The notes below the pieces were generated by a model. It ran no database searches and was not told where the DNA came from. It saw only the letters and a program-made list of their open reading frames with translations. This document shows, piece after piece, positions 37,201 to 50,218 of a DNA stretch of 64,000 bases. The translations under genes and the position numbers were made by a program. The stretch is from Octopus sinensis (taxonomy: Eukaryota). Numbering within the stretch: the first letter of the stretch is position 1; every line of letters begins with the position of its first letter. The stretch covers positions 17,298,001 through 17,362,000 of the forward strand of contig NC_043003.1 of the NCBI RefSeq assembly GCF_006345805.1, given 5' to 3'.

Positions 37201-40200
37201 TAGATAATTCACTGCATCATTTGCTTTCAGCCAGTCATTTGATTTTAATTTATCTCAACCATTAGAAGATAAATTGTCAAAGGTTTCTCTACTCCAATAT
37301 GCTCAAAGAGGTTGAATAGTATGTGTTATTACTAGCAGTTATGTTTTAACATGTCATTATTAAGCACATATTACCAGATCACAATATCAAGTGCAAAATC
37401 CCTATTTAAGATATCTAAATGAGATTATTAATGATAGGAAGTGAAGATATAATATTAATATATATGATACAGTATTTAAATTTATATCATAAAATCTTAT
37501 CGACAGTTTACATAATTTAAAATGGATTTTTAATGTTTAATGTCTATTATTTCTAATGAAAAAAAATTATAGAAAGAAAAGCACACTTTTTTTGTATATA
37601 CTTTTTAAATTTATAAATACATAAATGAGAATGTTTATTCAAATCCTGCTTAAGCTCTAAATTAACCATGTCAGACTGAGCAACTGCTACTTTAATCTAG
37701 TAGTACTTAGATATCTATATATTAACTAACATTGATATGTTATAAGAAATCATTCCTTTGTTTATACTAACAATATTTGGTATTTTACTTATTTGTATTA
37801 TGCCACATATCATGTAATGAATCCAGAAGATTTTTAACATCAAAATTGTAAGAAAAAATATCTCTGATACAAATTTTGTTAAATTCGAATTATCAAGAGT
37901 AATTTTACTTTGGTATTATATAGATAACAACTCTTTCATTGACATAATAAAATTGGAATAAATCCATTTATTCAAAAATTTGTAAATCAATATACACACT
38001 TAATCACGTTGTCACATGTATTTGTGTATGCATGTTTTTGTGTGTACATAGAGTCCTAAAAGTATAAGCTGATCGTCATAGCTACAATATAATTTTTGCT
38101 CATTTTTCCCTTCTTCTGGAATCATGATTATAAAAGCATGTTGGTATAGTGTCAAAGTAAAGCTACATCAATGCAAACAGTATGAAACACATACATAGTG
38201 TAATCTTTGAAAGTCATTATTAGTTACACTAATAATTATTTTGATGTGATTTCTAAAATTCTAATTATAAAAAACATTGATTAATTTTCAACAAAAATTC
38301 TGTTTTAGGCTCCTGAAAATTTCCTCAAAGAATTGGAAGATATCAAGGTTATGGAAGGTACTGAAAAAGTACAATTCGCTACAACATTTTGCCGTCCAGG
38401 AGCTAAAGTTCAATGGTTCAAAAATAAGATGGACATTTTCCATGGTGGGAAATATCACATTGAGAATGAAGGTGATGATTATACCCTCACAATTCTTAAT
38501 GTTAAACTAGAAGATGGTGGAAAATATATTTGTCAAGTCAACAACAGTACAACATCAGGATGGCTATACGTTGAAGGTAAGTATAGCAATAATTCAAAAC
38601 CTTTCACTTTTTCTTTAATTACTCTTTTACTTGTTTCAATCATTTGACTGTGGCCATGCTTGAGCACCACCATTAGTCTAACAAATCAACCCCAGGACTT
38701 ATTCTTTGTAAGCCTAGTACTTATTCTATCGGTCTCTTTCTATCGGTTGTCAAGCAATGTTGGGGAGAGAAACACAGACACACAAACACACACACACAGC
38801 CATTCAAGAATTTGGACCTGGAGGTCTCCATTTCCAGCGACTTTGAGGGCCACCTCCCAGGTTTGGTAAATTAAGTACCAGTAGCATACTGGGGTCGATC
38901 TAATCAACTGGGCCCCTCCTCAAAAATTTTAGGCCTTGTGCCTAGAGTAGAAAAGAATATTTCTGATCTGCTTTTAAAACGGAGTTTTATTGCTTAAGAC
39001 TCATAAATCATGCATATGTATTTTATAATATTTTATCACATGCCCTGATCTCAGTAACACCATTTGATATATTGTAGCCAAGGAACCTGAATATCATTTC
39101 ACCAAAAAATTGCCACAACATCATGAGGTAGTGAGGAAGAAGGATACACAACTTGAATGCTTTGTTTCTGATCCAAGAGCAAAGGTTAAATGGTTCAGAA
39201 TGGGTGAGCCAATTGAGGTAAAAACATTTTTTCAGTTTTCTAAATTTTATATACAATACAAAAGACTGATTACGTTCTATTTAATATTTACAAGTATTAT
39301 AGTTTTTCATTGAATTTAGGCAATATAATTAATGAAAGAAAACTGTTATATGCAATGGAAGCAGTATTAGAACAAGATATCCACCTAAGCACTGAAATGT
39401 TTAGCTTAAATGGTAAAGCACTTTGACCAGAAATTGAAGGGATGTGAGTTCGATTCACATGGCTGGTTGCTGACAGATTTTTCTGCTCTGTAAGGATTTT
39501 ATCCTATATATGCTGTTCTATCAATACTTAAGCATTGAAAAATATATCTTTCTACTTGTAAAATATTTTATTTTAATATTTCCTTCAATATTCGTTATTA
39601 ATCTTTAGTGTCATAGCATATATCTCTCAGATATATCTCATTGTATTTGATCAATACCTATAATCTTTTTGTTAAACTCATCTATCCAGCTTATTTGTTT
39701 AGAGCTAAATGGCATTACACTAGTGATAGTTAATGATTTGCTTATGATATTCCAGTTTGAACCAGGAAAATATGAGATGCAGAGGCGAGAAAACAGGTGC
39801 ATATTAAAGATTAAAAATGCTGGTCCAGGGGACGAAGCTGAATATTCTTGTGTCTGTGGAAAAGCATCCACTTACTGTGATTTATATGTTGAAGGTAAAT
39901 AAATATAAATTAAATATATTTTGTTTTCCTTTAGAGCAAAATGGCCAAACCTGTCTTTTTCTTTGTTAGATTATTTATCACCTAGCAATTTTTTGCAACT
40001 AAATTTACTCCCATTCTGTAATTTGTGTTTATGCTCATACTGTCACAAAATAACCAGCGAAGATCCAAAATCAACTAATTTCTATCCCTGGGGGTAAATT
40101 TACTCCAGTCTGGGAGTCCTTGACTTGCATGGCCGATACTTTATATAAGAATTTCCAGGAAATTGTATCAATGGATTGGAAAAACTCTTGTCTCCTCTCC

Positions 40201-43200
40201 ATTCAACATCAACACACACACTCACACACACACAAACACACATACATACATAAATACATGCATATATGTACCACACACAAACACACACACATACATAAAT
40301 ACACACACACACACCATTAATCCCTACACATTTTTTCTCACTCCATTTTTTTCCTTCTCAAACCCTTCTGCCGAAGTGCATAGGCTCGAAATGTGAAAGA
40401 CGTTTCCATTCTTCCCAAACGTTAAACTAATGCTCCTGCTTGTTGTTCCTTACCTGTCTTTGTTTTTTGTTTTCTGTAAATTCGAAGTGAATATAGACAT
40501 TGATGTGATAACAAATTAATAACACTTATATATATTTTTACAGAACCTGAGTGGGACTTTTTCAAACAACTTGACGATGTAGAAGCAACAGAAAGAGAAA
40601 AGGCTGTCCTTCAATGTGATGTAAACGATAAGGAAGCAGAAGTCACCTGGTTCAAGGGAGACAAGGTATATGTTATATCAAGTTCTTTTTTTTATGAGTT
40701 CATTGGATTTGTTTAAAACAGTAAATTTCCTAAATCCACTTTTCTAGACCCTCATAGTGTAATCTCCGGGAGGAAGTAATGTTGATGACTGTTTCTATTT
40801 CTATATTGTCCAAAATCCCAATGTAACTGCTGTAGGCATTATATTTAATATATCTTTATTTTATTGTAGGAAATTAAACCTGAAGAAGAGCCAGATAAGT
40901 TTGAAGTAGAAAAAGATGGTATGAAGAGAAAGCTTATAATCAAGGATGTGACTTTGAAAGATGAAGGACCTTACACTTGTAAAGTTCTTGAAAAAACAAG
41001 CACAGCTGAACTCTTTGTTGAACGTGAGTATTTAATATCATCACTTGCTTTTTAAAATAAATTGCAATTAATTACCAATTTAAGGTGGTGAGCTGGCAGA
41101 ATCATTAATGTAATGGACAAAATTTTTGGCACTATTTCTTCCAGTTCATTACATACTGAGTTCAAATTCCACCAGGGTCAATTTTGTCTGTCATCCTTTT
41201 CAGGTTTGACAAAAGAAGAACTTGCTGACCACTGGGGTCGATGTGATCAACTGATTTACTTCCACTAAAAATCTGCTAGCTTTGTACCAAAATAGTGAGA
41301 ATTAATTAATCTTTTATATAGATATAAATTAATAGAGTGGGAAAAAACATTAAAAATTATATCGTATAAAGAGAAGATAGGTTTACTTACCTAAATAAAA
41401 TTTTTACAGTTCTCTGAAAAGGAAATTTTTTTGCTTTCATAACCTTTGGGTTTTGGATGAGAAAGCAAAATCACAGCTTTGTGTTATTTTATTGCTATCA
41501 AGGCACATTTTACCAGTTTAAAAAATTTTATCCATTGAAATATATAGCAAAATTGAAACCTTTAAAATCACATATTTCCTTGCTGTTTTGGTTAAATTCT
41601 AAAGATCTCCAAAAACGCTTCTGAGTGGAAAAGTTTAAAGATCCATTAAGTAATAGTTAATTTATTGTGTAAAGTTGTTTTTAATGTGAATGAATTTAAA
41701 CAAAATATTGTTTTATTAAAATGAAAAATATTCATTAAACATTACAGCATTTAAACTGACCATTTCAGGCCCAAATATTCCAGTTGTTTTGTGCTCAAAT
41801 CAGTCAGACCTAACCTCTCACTACAATGTCATTCTAAAATTAAACAATCACATCATTGAAATTTTGAATCTACGAGATAATGCATGATTAACTCAAAATG
41901 TAAATAAATAAACATTACATCTGACAGAGTAATCGGAATGCTTAAGGGTTAAACAGTATGTATGTATGTATGTTGTGGAGGCGCAATGGCCCAGTGATTA
42001 GGGCAGCGGACTCATGGTCAGAGGATCGTGGTTTCAATTCCCAGACTGGGAGTTGTGTGTGTTTATTGAGCAAAAACACCTAAAAGCTCCACGAGGTTCT
42101 GGCAGGGGGTGGTGGCGACCTCTGTTGTACTCTTTCGCCACAACTTTCTCTCACTCTCTCTTCCTGTTTCTTGAGTAACTCTGCGATGGACTGGCGTCCC
42201 GTCCAGCTAGGGGGAACACATACGCCACAGAAACCGGGAAACTGGACCCATAAGCCTGGCTAGTCTTGAGAAAGGGCGACGTTTATCGTTTTATGTATGA
42301 AGTGATTTTTTTAGAATTTCCTTACATTAGAAACTTATAATCTACAAGTATTATTGTTATTTTGTTTTTAAGCTGATATCAAGTTCTCCAAGAAACTTAC
42401 TGACACTATTGTTAAAGAAGAAGAAACAATATGCTTAGAGTGTGTTGCCACTAATCCACATAATCAACCAGTTGTATGGACAAAGGACGGCAAACCCTTG
42501 AGTCCATCAAACAGGTAATTTCAATGAATTTTCTTTAGTATGTAAAAGATGAAAAGTGCATGTATTACTCCATAGGAAATGGTATGAAAATAATGCTAGT
42601 GCAGGTGGCCCGTAAAAAACACCATTTTCGAGCGTGTCCATTGCCAGTACCGCCAGATTGGCCCTCGTACCAGTGGAACTTTAAAAGCATCCACTACATG
42701 CTCAGAGGGGTTGGCGTTAGGAGGGGTATCCAGCTGTAGAAACTCTGCCAGATCAGATTGGAGCCTGGTGCAGCCATCTGGTTCGCCAGTCCTCAGTCAA
42801 ATCGTCCAACCCATGCTAGCATGGAAAGCGGACGTTAAACGATGATGATAATGATGAGTTATACAGTCAATATTGTAAAACACTGTACCAGTGCCATGTA
42901 AAAGGCACCCAGTACAATTTATAAAGTGATTGACATTAGGAAGGGCATCCAACTGTTGAAACCATGCCAGGACAGACATTTGGAACTTGGGCAGATCTCC
43001 AGTTGGCCAGCATCTGTCAAACAATCCAACCCATGCCAGCATGGAAACTGGACGTTAAATAGCAATGATGATGAGTGATATAAGAATTCAATCTTAATTT
43101 TTTTCAATTTCATATATCTTTTGTTGAGTTTCACTTGAAATTAACCTTCTAAATATTTGTATCAAATAACGAGTTTCCAACTTCAGGAAAAAAGTTTCAT

Positions 43201-46200
43201 TTTTATGCATTTTTTTTTTTGTTTTGTTTAACTTAAACATATTGGTGTTTGTAAACTATGAAAATGTAAAAGAATAAAGATCATGAGATAAATAGACTAA
43301 TCTAGTATATGCAATTGTGGCAGTGACGAATTTTAGTCACCCTCTGTTTCTTATTGTATTTTTAACACAGTGTATCAATAAGAGATGTGATCTCAGGACA
43401 AAATGCCACAGTAACTGGCCTATCAATTATGTTTATACATAGTATGATAGCTAGATGGCTATTTCAACTAGACTAATATTCTACTACTTGAGACTAAGAG
43501 GGCTACAGAAGTCAAGTTGCCTCAATATGAAATATATAACTATTGAAAGCAATATATTAGAAAATGTGCAGTGGTATCTTTTTATTCACCCTGAAGGGAA
43601 CCAAAGATATACTGGAATAGTTAAGTCTTGAATTGTGAGGAATATAGTTTGCACAGCTGACTCAATGAATGAGGCAATGTAGGTGACATTAGTATTGGAA
43701 ATGGGCAATTTGATAACAGTTAGGAAGAGTTGGAAAAAAATTACCCAGACTATTATTAGTTTTGAAATCAAAAGTTTCTTGTCCTGTTATAATTACCACT
43801 TGAAATATGTTTAAAAAGGTATGAGGTTAAACTTGGAAGCAAAAGGCAAAGAACCAACAGAAATTGAAATGAATAAAGTTAGGTCACACTAGGATACTTT
43901 AAGAAATAAGATTATGCAGAAATATGATACATAGAAAAGTATAATTTTGTTTGGAATGGTGAATCTTGAAGCAGATAGAGCTATAAGTAATAGCATGTAA
44001 ATATTGCAGCCTTCAAATTTTTCTTTCCAAAGGGTATGTCAACCTAATATTTTCACATAATTTATAGCTTTGTCAGAGATTCATAACCTGACAAAATCAT
44101 TAGCATGCTGGGTAAAATGCCTAGTGGCATTTCGCTCATCTTTCAGTTCTGAGTTTAACCCTTTTGATACCAACCTGGCTGAAACTGCCTTTGGCTCTGT
44201 AGACCAAATATTTTGCTTTCATTAGTTTTGAATTGAAAACTTCTACCAAACCTTCTCACAATTTATGTTCTTAACACTAGCTTAATGATAACTAAGTTAT
44301 TTTACAAAATTCTTTGTTACATCTAAAATAATTGAAAGAAACACGGAGCATCTCAAAATAAATAGAGTAACAAAAGGGTTAAACTCTGCCAAGGCTGACT
44401 TAGCCTCTTGTCCTTTTGGATAGACAAAATAAGTAGCAGTTGAGCACTAGGGCCAATGTAATTGACTTAACCTCTCTCCCAGAATTGCTGGCCCTGTGCC
44501 AAAATTTGAAACCATTATTTATAACTTTATCTACATCAAGTTTTTCCATTCCGTAATAGAACTATTTCACTTTCTTAAAGTTTCTAAGGTCGAACGATGC
44601 CATAATAAAGTACATCATAAACCAAATCTGGGTAAAGATGGATAATTAGACATCAAGCTAAAGCTGATAAATACCAGTAATTACATATAATCATCAATAA
44701 ATCTATAGTAATTACATATAATCTATAAGTAATTACATATAAGTCTGTGTTTCTTAAACTGTTCAATTAAAACAGTTGGCATTCTTAACTTAAAATACAT
44801 AAGTCTCCTATAAAATATTCTTTGTATTTGTAGGATACAAGAACTTCACGATGGAGATAAGCATACTTTGGTGCTCAAAGATGCTTCCATGAAGGATGCT
44901 GGAATGTATGCTTGCAAATTTGGAGAAAGGGCTACACGCGCTGAAGTCAAAGTTGATGAAAGTAAGTAATTTATATATTAAGTTTGTGGGGGAATCTTTT
45001 AATTTTTATCTTTTACTTGTTTCAGTCATTAGACTGTGGCCATGCTGGGGCACCACCTAATCGACCCCAGCAATTATTTTCTTTTCAAGCTTGGTAGGCA
45101 TTCTATTGGCCTGTTTTGCCGAAGTGCTAAATTACAGAGACATAAACACACCAACACTGGTTGTCAAACAGTGGGTGGGTGGGTGAATACAGACACAAAT
45201 AGCACACACACACACACACACTTCAAAAAAAAAAGTATATATATATATATACATTTTTTTAACAAAGGAAAAAATTTTTCGAAGGCTTATTTCAGTTTCT
45301 ATCTGCTAAATCCATTTAAAAAGCTTTGGTCAGCCCAACGCTATAGCAGAAGACACTCGCCCAAGGTGCCACACAGTGGGACTGAACCTGGAACCATGTG
45401 GTTGGGAAGCATAGGACTATAGTAGAAGACATTTGCCATAGGTGCCATGTAGTGGGTAGCAATTATTTTAACTATGCAGGCATGCCTACACACAATTAAT
45501 TGCAAATAACTAGAGTTGAAATTTAAGAGAATTAAACTGAAAGAAATCACATTTTTTAGACATTTGTTTACAACTTAGGTGCAAGAATAGCTGTGTGGTA
45601 ATTAGCTTTCTTACCAACCACTTGGTTCCAGGTTCAGTCCCACTGCATGGCACCTTGGGCAAGTGTCTTCTACTATAGCCTCGAGCCAACCAAAGCCTTG
45701 TCAGTGGATTTGGTAGATAGAAACTGAAACATATATATATATATATGTATGTGTGTGTGTATGCGTTTGTGTGTCTGTGTTTGTCCCCCCAACATCGCTT
45801 GACAACTGATGCTGGTGTGTTTATGTCCCCGTCACTTAGCGGTTTGGCAAAAGAGACTGATAGAATAAGTACTAGGCTTACAAAGAATAAGTCCTGGGGA
45901 TGATTTGCTCAACTAAAGGCGGTGCTCCAGCATGGCTGCAGTCAAGTGACTGAAACAAATAAACGAATAAAAGAATAAAAGAAAAACTGAACCTTTCATT
46001 GTATTAGATATAAATTTGTTTTATAGTAATATATAGACTACGGAATCCTAGCAAACTGGCGACAGTTTGCATTAGCACAAATGAATTAATTTTATATTTT
46101 GAAAGCTTACCATCCTTGGAAGAGGTAGAGAATATAAGTGTTTATATAATATCATTTTAGATGTCGTGGAAAACGTTACTTCTTGAAATAAATATTTCTT

Positions 46201-49200
46201 CTAAGTGTATTTCTGCATGCAAATGAAATTAATGAATGAATATTTTTATTCACATTTTTTTCTAATTCCAGAACCAAGACCTCCAAAATTGGATCCCACT
46301 CGTATTCCTCATGAAATTATTGTCAAAAGAGGAGAGAAGATTCAGTTGGACCTTCCATATCAAGGTAACTACTCTCTACATGGTTGACACATGAAGAGGT
46401 GTTGTGATATAGACGAACTTTTTGATCAGTTCAAATATGTTTGGAAAATATTTTTCCTGTAGAAATCTCACAGCCACAAGATAATGCCTGAATAATTCAA
46501 AACAATTTGAATAAACAAGCATTACATTTGACAGAGTGATCTCAATGCTGAAAAGTTAAATATATCTTTAACAAGAAAATATAAGAGAAAACTAAATTTT
46601 TCAAGTTTTAAATATGTAATGAAAATTAAAATATACATTTGATATTTCTGAGAAATGAAAAGTAATGCCAGTAAAAGAACCAATTATTCTTTTTGTACCA
46701 ATTTTGAATGATTCTTAAATAAATAAGACCATTTTACTGCAGTTTGACATAGAGAAAAATTCTCACTAAAGGCAAAATATGTAAAATACCAATGTAATTT
46801 TAGAGCACCCTTGTGAACTAATATATACAGTTCAAGCTCTATATGTTCTCATCTGTATTAGATACCAACCAGGACAACTCTAAAATGACTGGAAGTCTAC
46901 ACTTTTTTATAAGAAATCAGTTAAAACTGTATGTTGGGGCCTCTATTTTGCATACACTGTATTTCTGAACAGATGAAGACAGAAAATTATCCTGAGCAAT
47001 ATTTTAAGATGTTCCATCAGAAAGACAACAATAAGAATAACTTGAATAATTGCAAAACATGTTTATCATCATCATCATCGTTTAACGTCCGTTTTCCGTA
47101 CTAGCATGGGTCGGACGGTTTGACCGGGGTCTGGTAAGCCATGGAGGCTGCACCAGGCTCCAGTCTGATCTAGCAGTGTTTCTACAACTGGATGCCCTTC
47201 CTAATGTCAACCACTCCGTGAGTGTAGTGGGTGCTTTTTATGTGCCAGTGGGGGCTGGCAGTGGCCACGATCGGTTGGCATTTTTTATGTGCCAATGGCA
47301 CAGAAGCCAGTCAAGACACGGAAGCCAGTCAAGGTTTATCATGAAGAAAAATTACTATGATGAGTTACCTTATAAATATATGTACGTGTGGTGTGTGTAT
47401 GTATGTATGTATGTATGTATGTGGAGGGGTGTATGTGTGTATGCATGTATGTATCATGGTAATATTGTACTTGTAGATAGATTAAGGAGATGAATAATAA
47501 TATTGATAATGGACTTAATTTGAAGGATTAAACTTTTAACATGATCAAATATTGAAAACAGGAATAATTCCCTCTAAACAAACAAATAATGCATTTTATT
47601 TTATTTTTATTAGCTGTGCCTATTCCTAAAGCAAGCTGGAAGAAAGATGGGGTGAGCCTAAGTTCAGCTGATTTGGACATGGAAATATCAGATAAATTCA
47701 CCAGTCTCACAATTCCAGATGCCCAAAGATCAGATTCAGGCGAATATGAGCTTACTCTCACCAACAGTAATGGTTCAGATAAAATACCAATTAAAGTTAA
47801 AGTTATTGGTAATTGTATTTTTCTTACTTTGAAGTTTGTTTGAGTTTTCATATTAGTTGAGTAGTATATCTGCTCACACAAAGATTACATTAAAAAATTT
47901 ATCTCAAATTTCATAGAAATTGGTTTTTAATTTTATGTGCATCATTATGAATTTATATTATAAATATATCATACTCTGTTTAAAGAAAACTAATATTTTA
48001 TATCTAAAACGAGAGAGATATAATGAAAGACACTCACCTAAACTCAGCATAGCAAAACACAAACTGACTCAGAACACATACTTTTTAGGGTTTGGTGATT
48101 AGGACTTATTAAAGCCTAAATGTTGAATGTGTTTATTGTTTATAGATTCTTGTATTTCTATTTGTTAGTTAGTTAATTTGGTTCAAAAGCAAATAGCAAG
48201 GCCATGTAGGGGGACATGGAGTTAAGTACAGGGTGGTGCTCATGTAAAGAGTTCAGGCCACTTGAGGTCAAGGGAGGCTTTGAACAAAGCGGTCGTCGGC
48301 ATCTTCACCATCTCGTCTGGCAGCTTGTTCCACGGATCCGCAACCCGGACGGAGAAAGCTCCTCTCCTTCGATTGAGATGAAATCGTCGCAGGTAGAGCT
48401 TTTCGGAATGACCCCGCAGCCGACGCTCTGGAGCATGAGTGAAGAACAGCTCTTTTGAGAGGTTACACTTTCCGCTTATGATGTTGTGGGCGAGAATGAG
48501 ATCACCATGGCGGCGGCGTTTTTCTAGAGAATAAAGGTCGAGCGTCCTCAGCCTTTCTTCATAGGAAAAATTTTTGCGACCATGAACCATCCGGGTAGCC
48601 AGCTTCTGGACTCTTTCGAGATGCTGTATGTCTTTGAGGAGATAAGGAGAAGAGGCTTGAATCCCGTACTCCAATATGGGTCTCACCAGCGTGACATAGA
48701 GTGGTAGGAATATGGCTGCTGTGAGCATTCCGAATGACCGTCGAATCAAGAACAGAATTCCGTGTGCTTTGTTGATATAATACTTTAAATTTAGCAACGA
48801 ATCATGCTATTGTTTTTAATATAATACATGAAAGGAAGGCGATGAGCTAGCAGAAACGTTAACACACCAGGTGAAGTGCTTAGCGATATTTTGTCTGTCT
48901 TTGCATTCTGAGTTCAAATTCTGCTAAGGTTGACTTTGCTTTTCATCCTTTCGGGGTCGATAAATTAAGTACCAGTTATGCACTGGCGTCGTTTGTCTCC
49001 TCTATGTTTAGCCCCTTGTCGGTAATAAAGAAATAAGAAACATTAGCACACTGAGTAAAGTGCTTAGGGATATTTTGTCTGTCTTTGCATTCTGAGTTCA
49101 AATTCCGCCGAGGTCGACTTTGCTTTTTATCCTTTCGGGGTCGATAAATTAAGTACCAGTTAGGCACTGGGGTCGATGTAATTGACTTAATCTCTTTGTC

Positions 49201-50184
49201 TGTCCTTGTTTGTCCCCTCTGTTTGCTTCATAAAAATATGAAATTGTAAACTGTTATATTTTTTCATATTTTCAATTTTAGAATTTATTAGTTTATTAAT
49301 TTATTAAGAGATGCACTTCTCTGTATTTTGGTTTAAAATAAAAGGATTTTACTTGGAATTACAAAGAATATGTTAAAAGGTTTTTGATAAATGTTTAAAG
49401 CTATGAATTAACACGTAAAGCTCTAGTAAAATTCTCTCTTATTATTCCATTGCAGATAAACCCACACCTCCTGGTGCACCTCTGGATGTATCAGATATTT
49501 TCAAAGACAAGTGCCTTTTGTCATGGAAGAAGCCCAAAGATGATGGTGGTTGTCCCATCAAACACTATATTGTGGAAAAGATGGATTCCAATACAGATGA
49601 ATGGGTTGAAGTTGCTAAAGTTAATGAACTGCAATGCAGAGTAAAAGGATTAACACCCAGCCATCGTTACCAATTCCGAGTAAAGGCTGTCAATTCAGAA
49701 GGCCAAAGCAAACCACTGAATACAGATGGAGAAATTTTGGCCAAAGATCCCTGGAGTAAGTCACAAATATATACATAAATGTATACATATAGACATATAT
49801 ATATATATATATATATTGTATAAAATCCATTCTGTCTGTCTATGTGTGGGTCTTCTAGGATCTCGGGCATCCTCCATCCGATTGCGCTCAAATTTGATAT
49901 GTAGGGTGTGTATATGTCTTGAAAAAATTACAAAAATCGATTCCAGGTGAGAATATGATCGATAAAGCCGTGGGAACGTGCATTTGTACGCGCAAGTAGC
50001 TGTTGTGATCGATACCACGAATACGCGAGAAAAATGCGCGCGCAGTTTGCACAAAAAAAGCTGGCTTGCTTGAAATAATGTCAGAAAATAGGATGGTCAG
50101 ACAAGTTGTTTTGAGAAAATTTGGTTTAAATGTTTGACAACTCAGCACCATCCATTGGACGGGTGGGGGGGAGCGTTTTCCTCG

Positions 50185-50218
<34 letters not shown>

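Noticed and set aside
39390-39480. tRNA-like A and B boxes, here and in all SINE heads
   Set aside because: No complete cloverleaf; these are SINE heads or relics, not tRNA genes.
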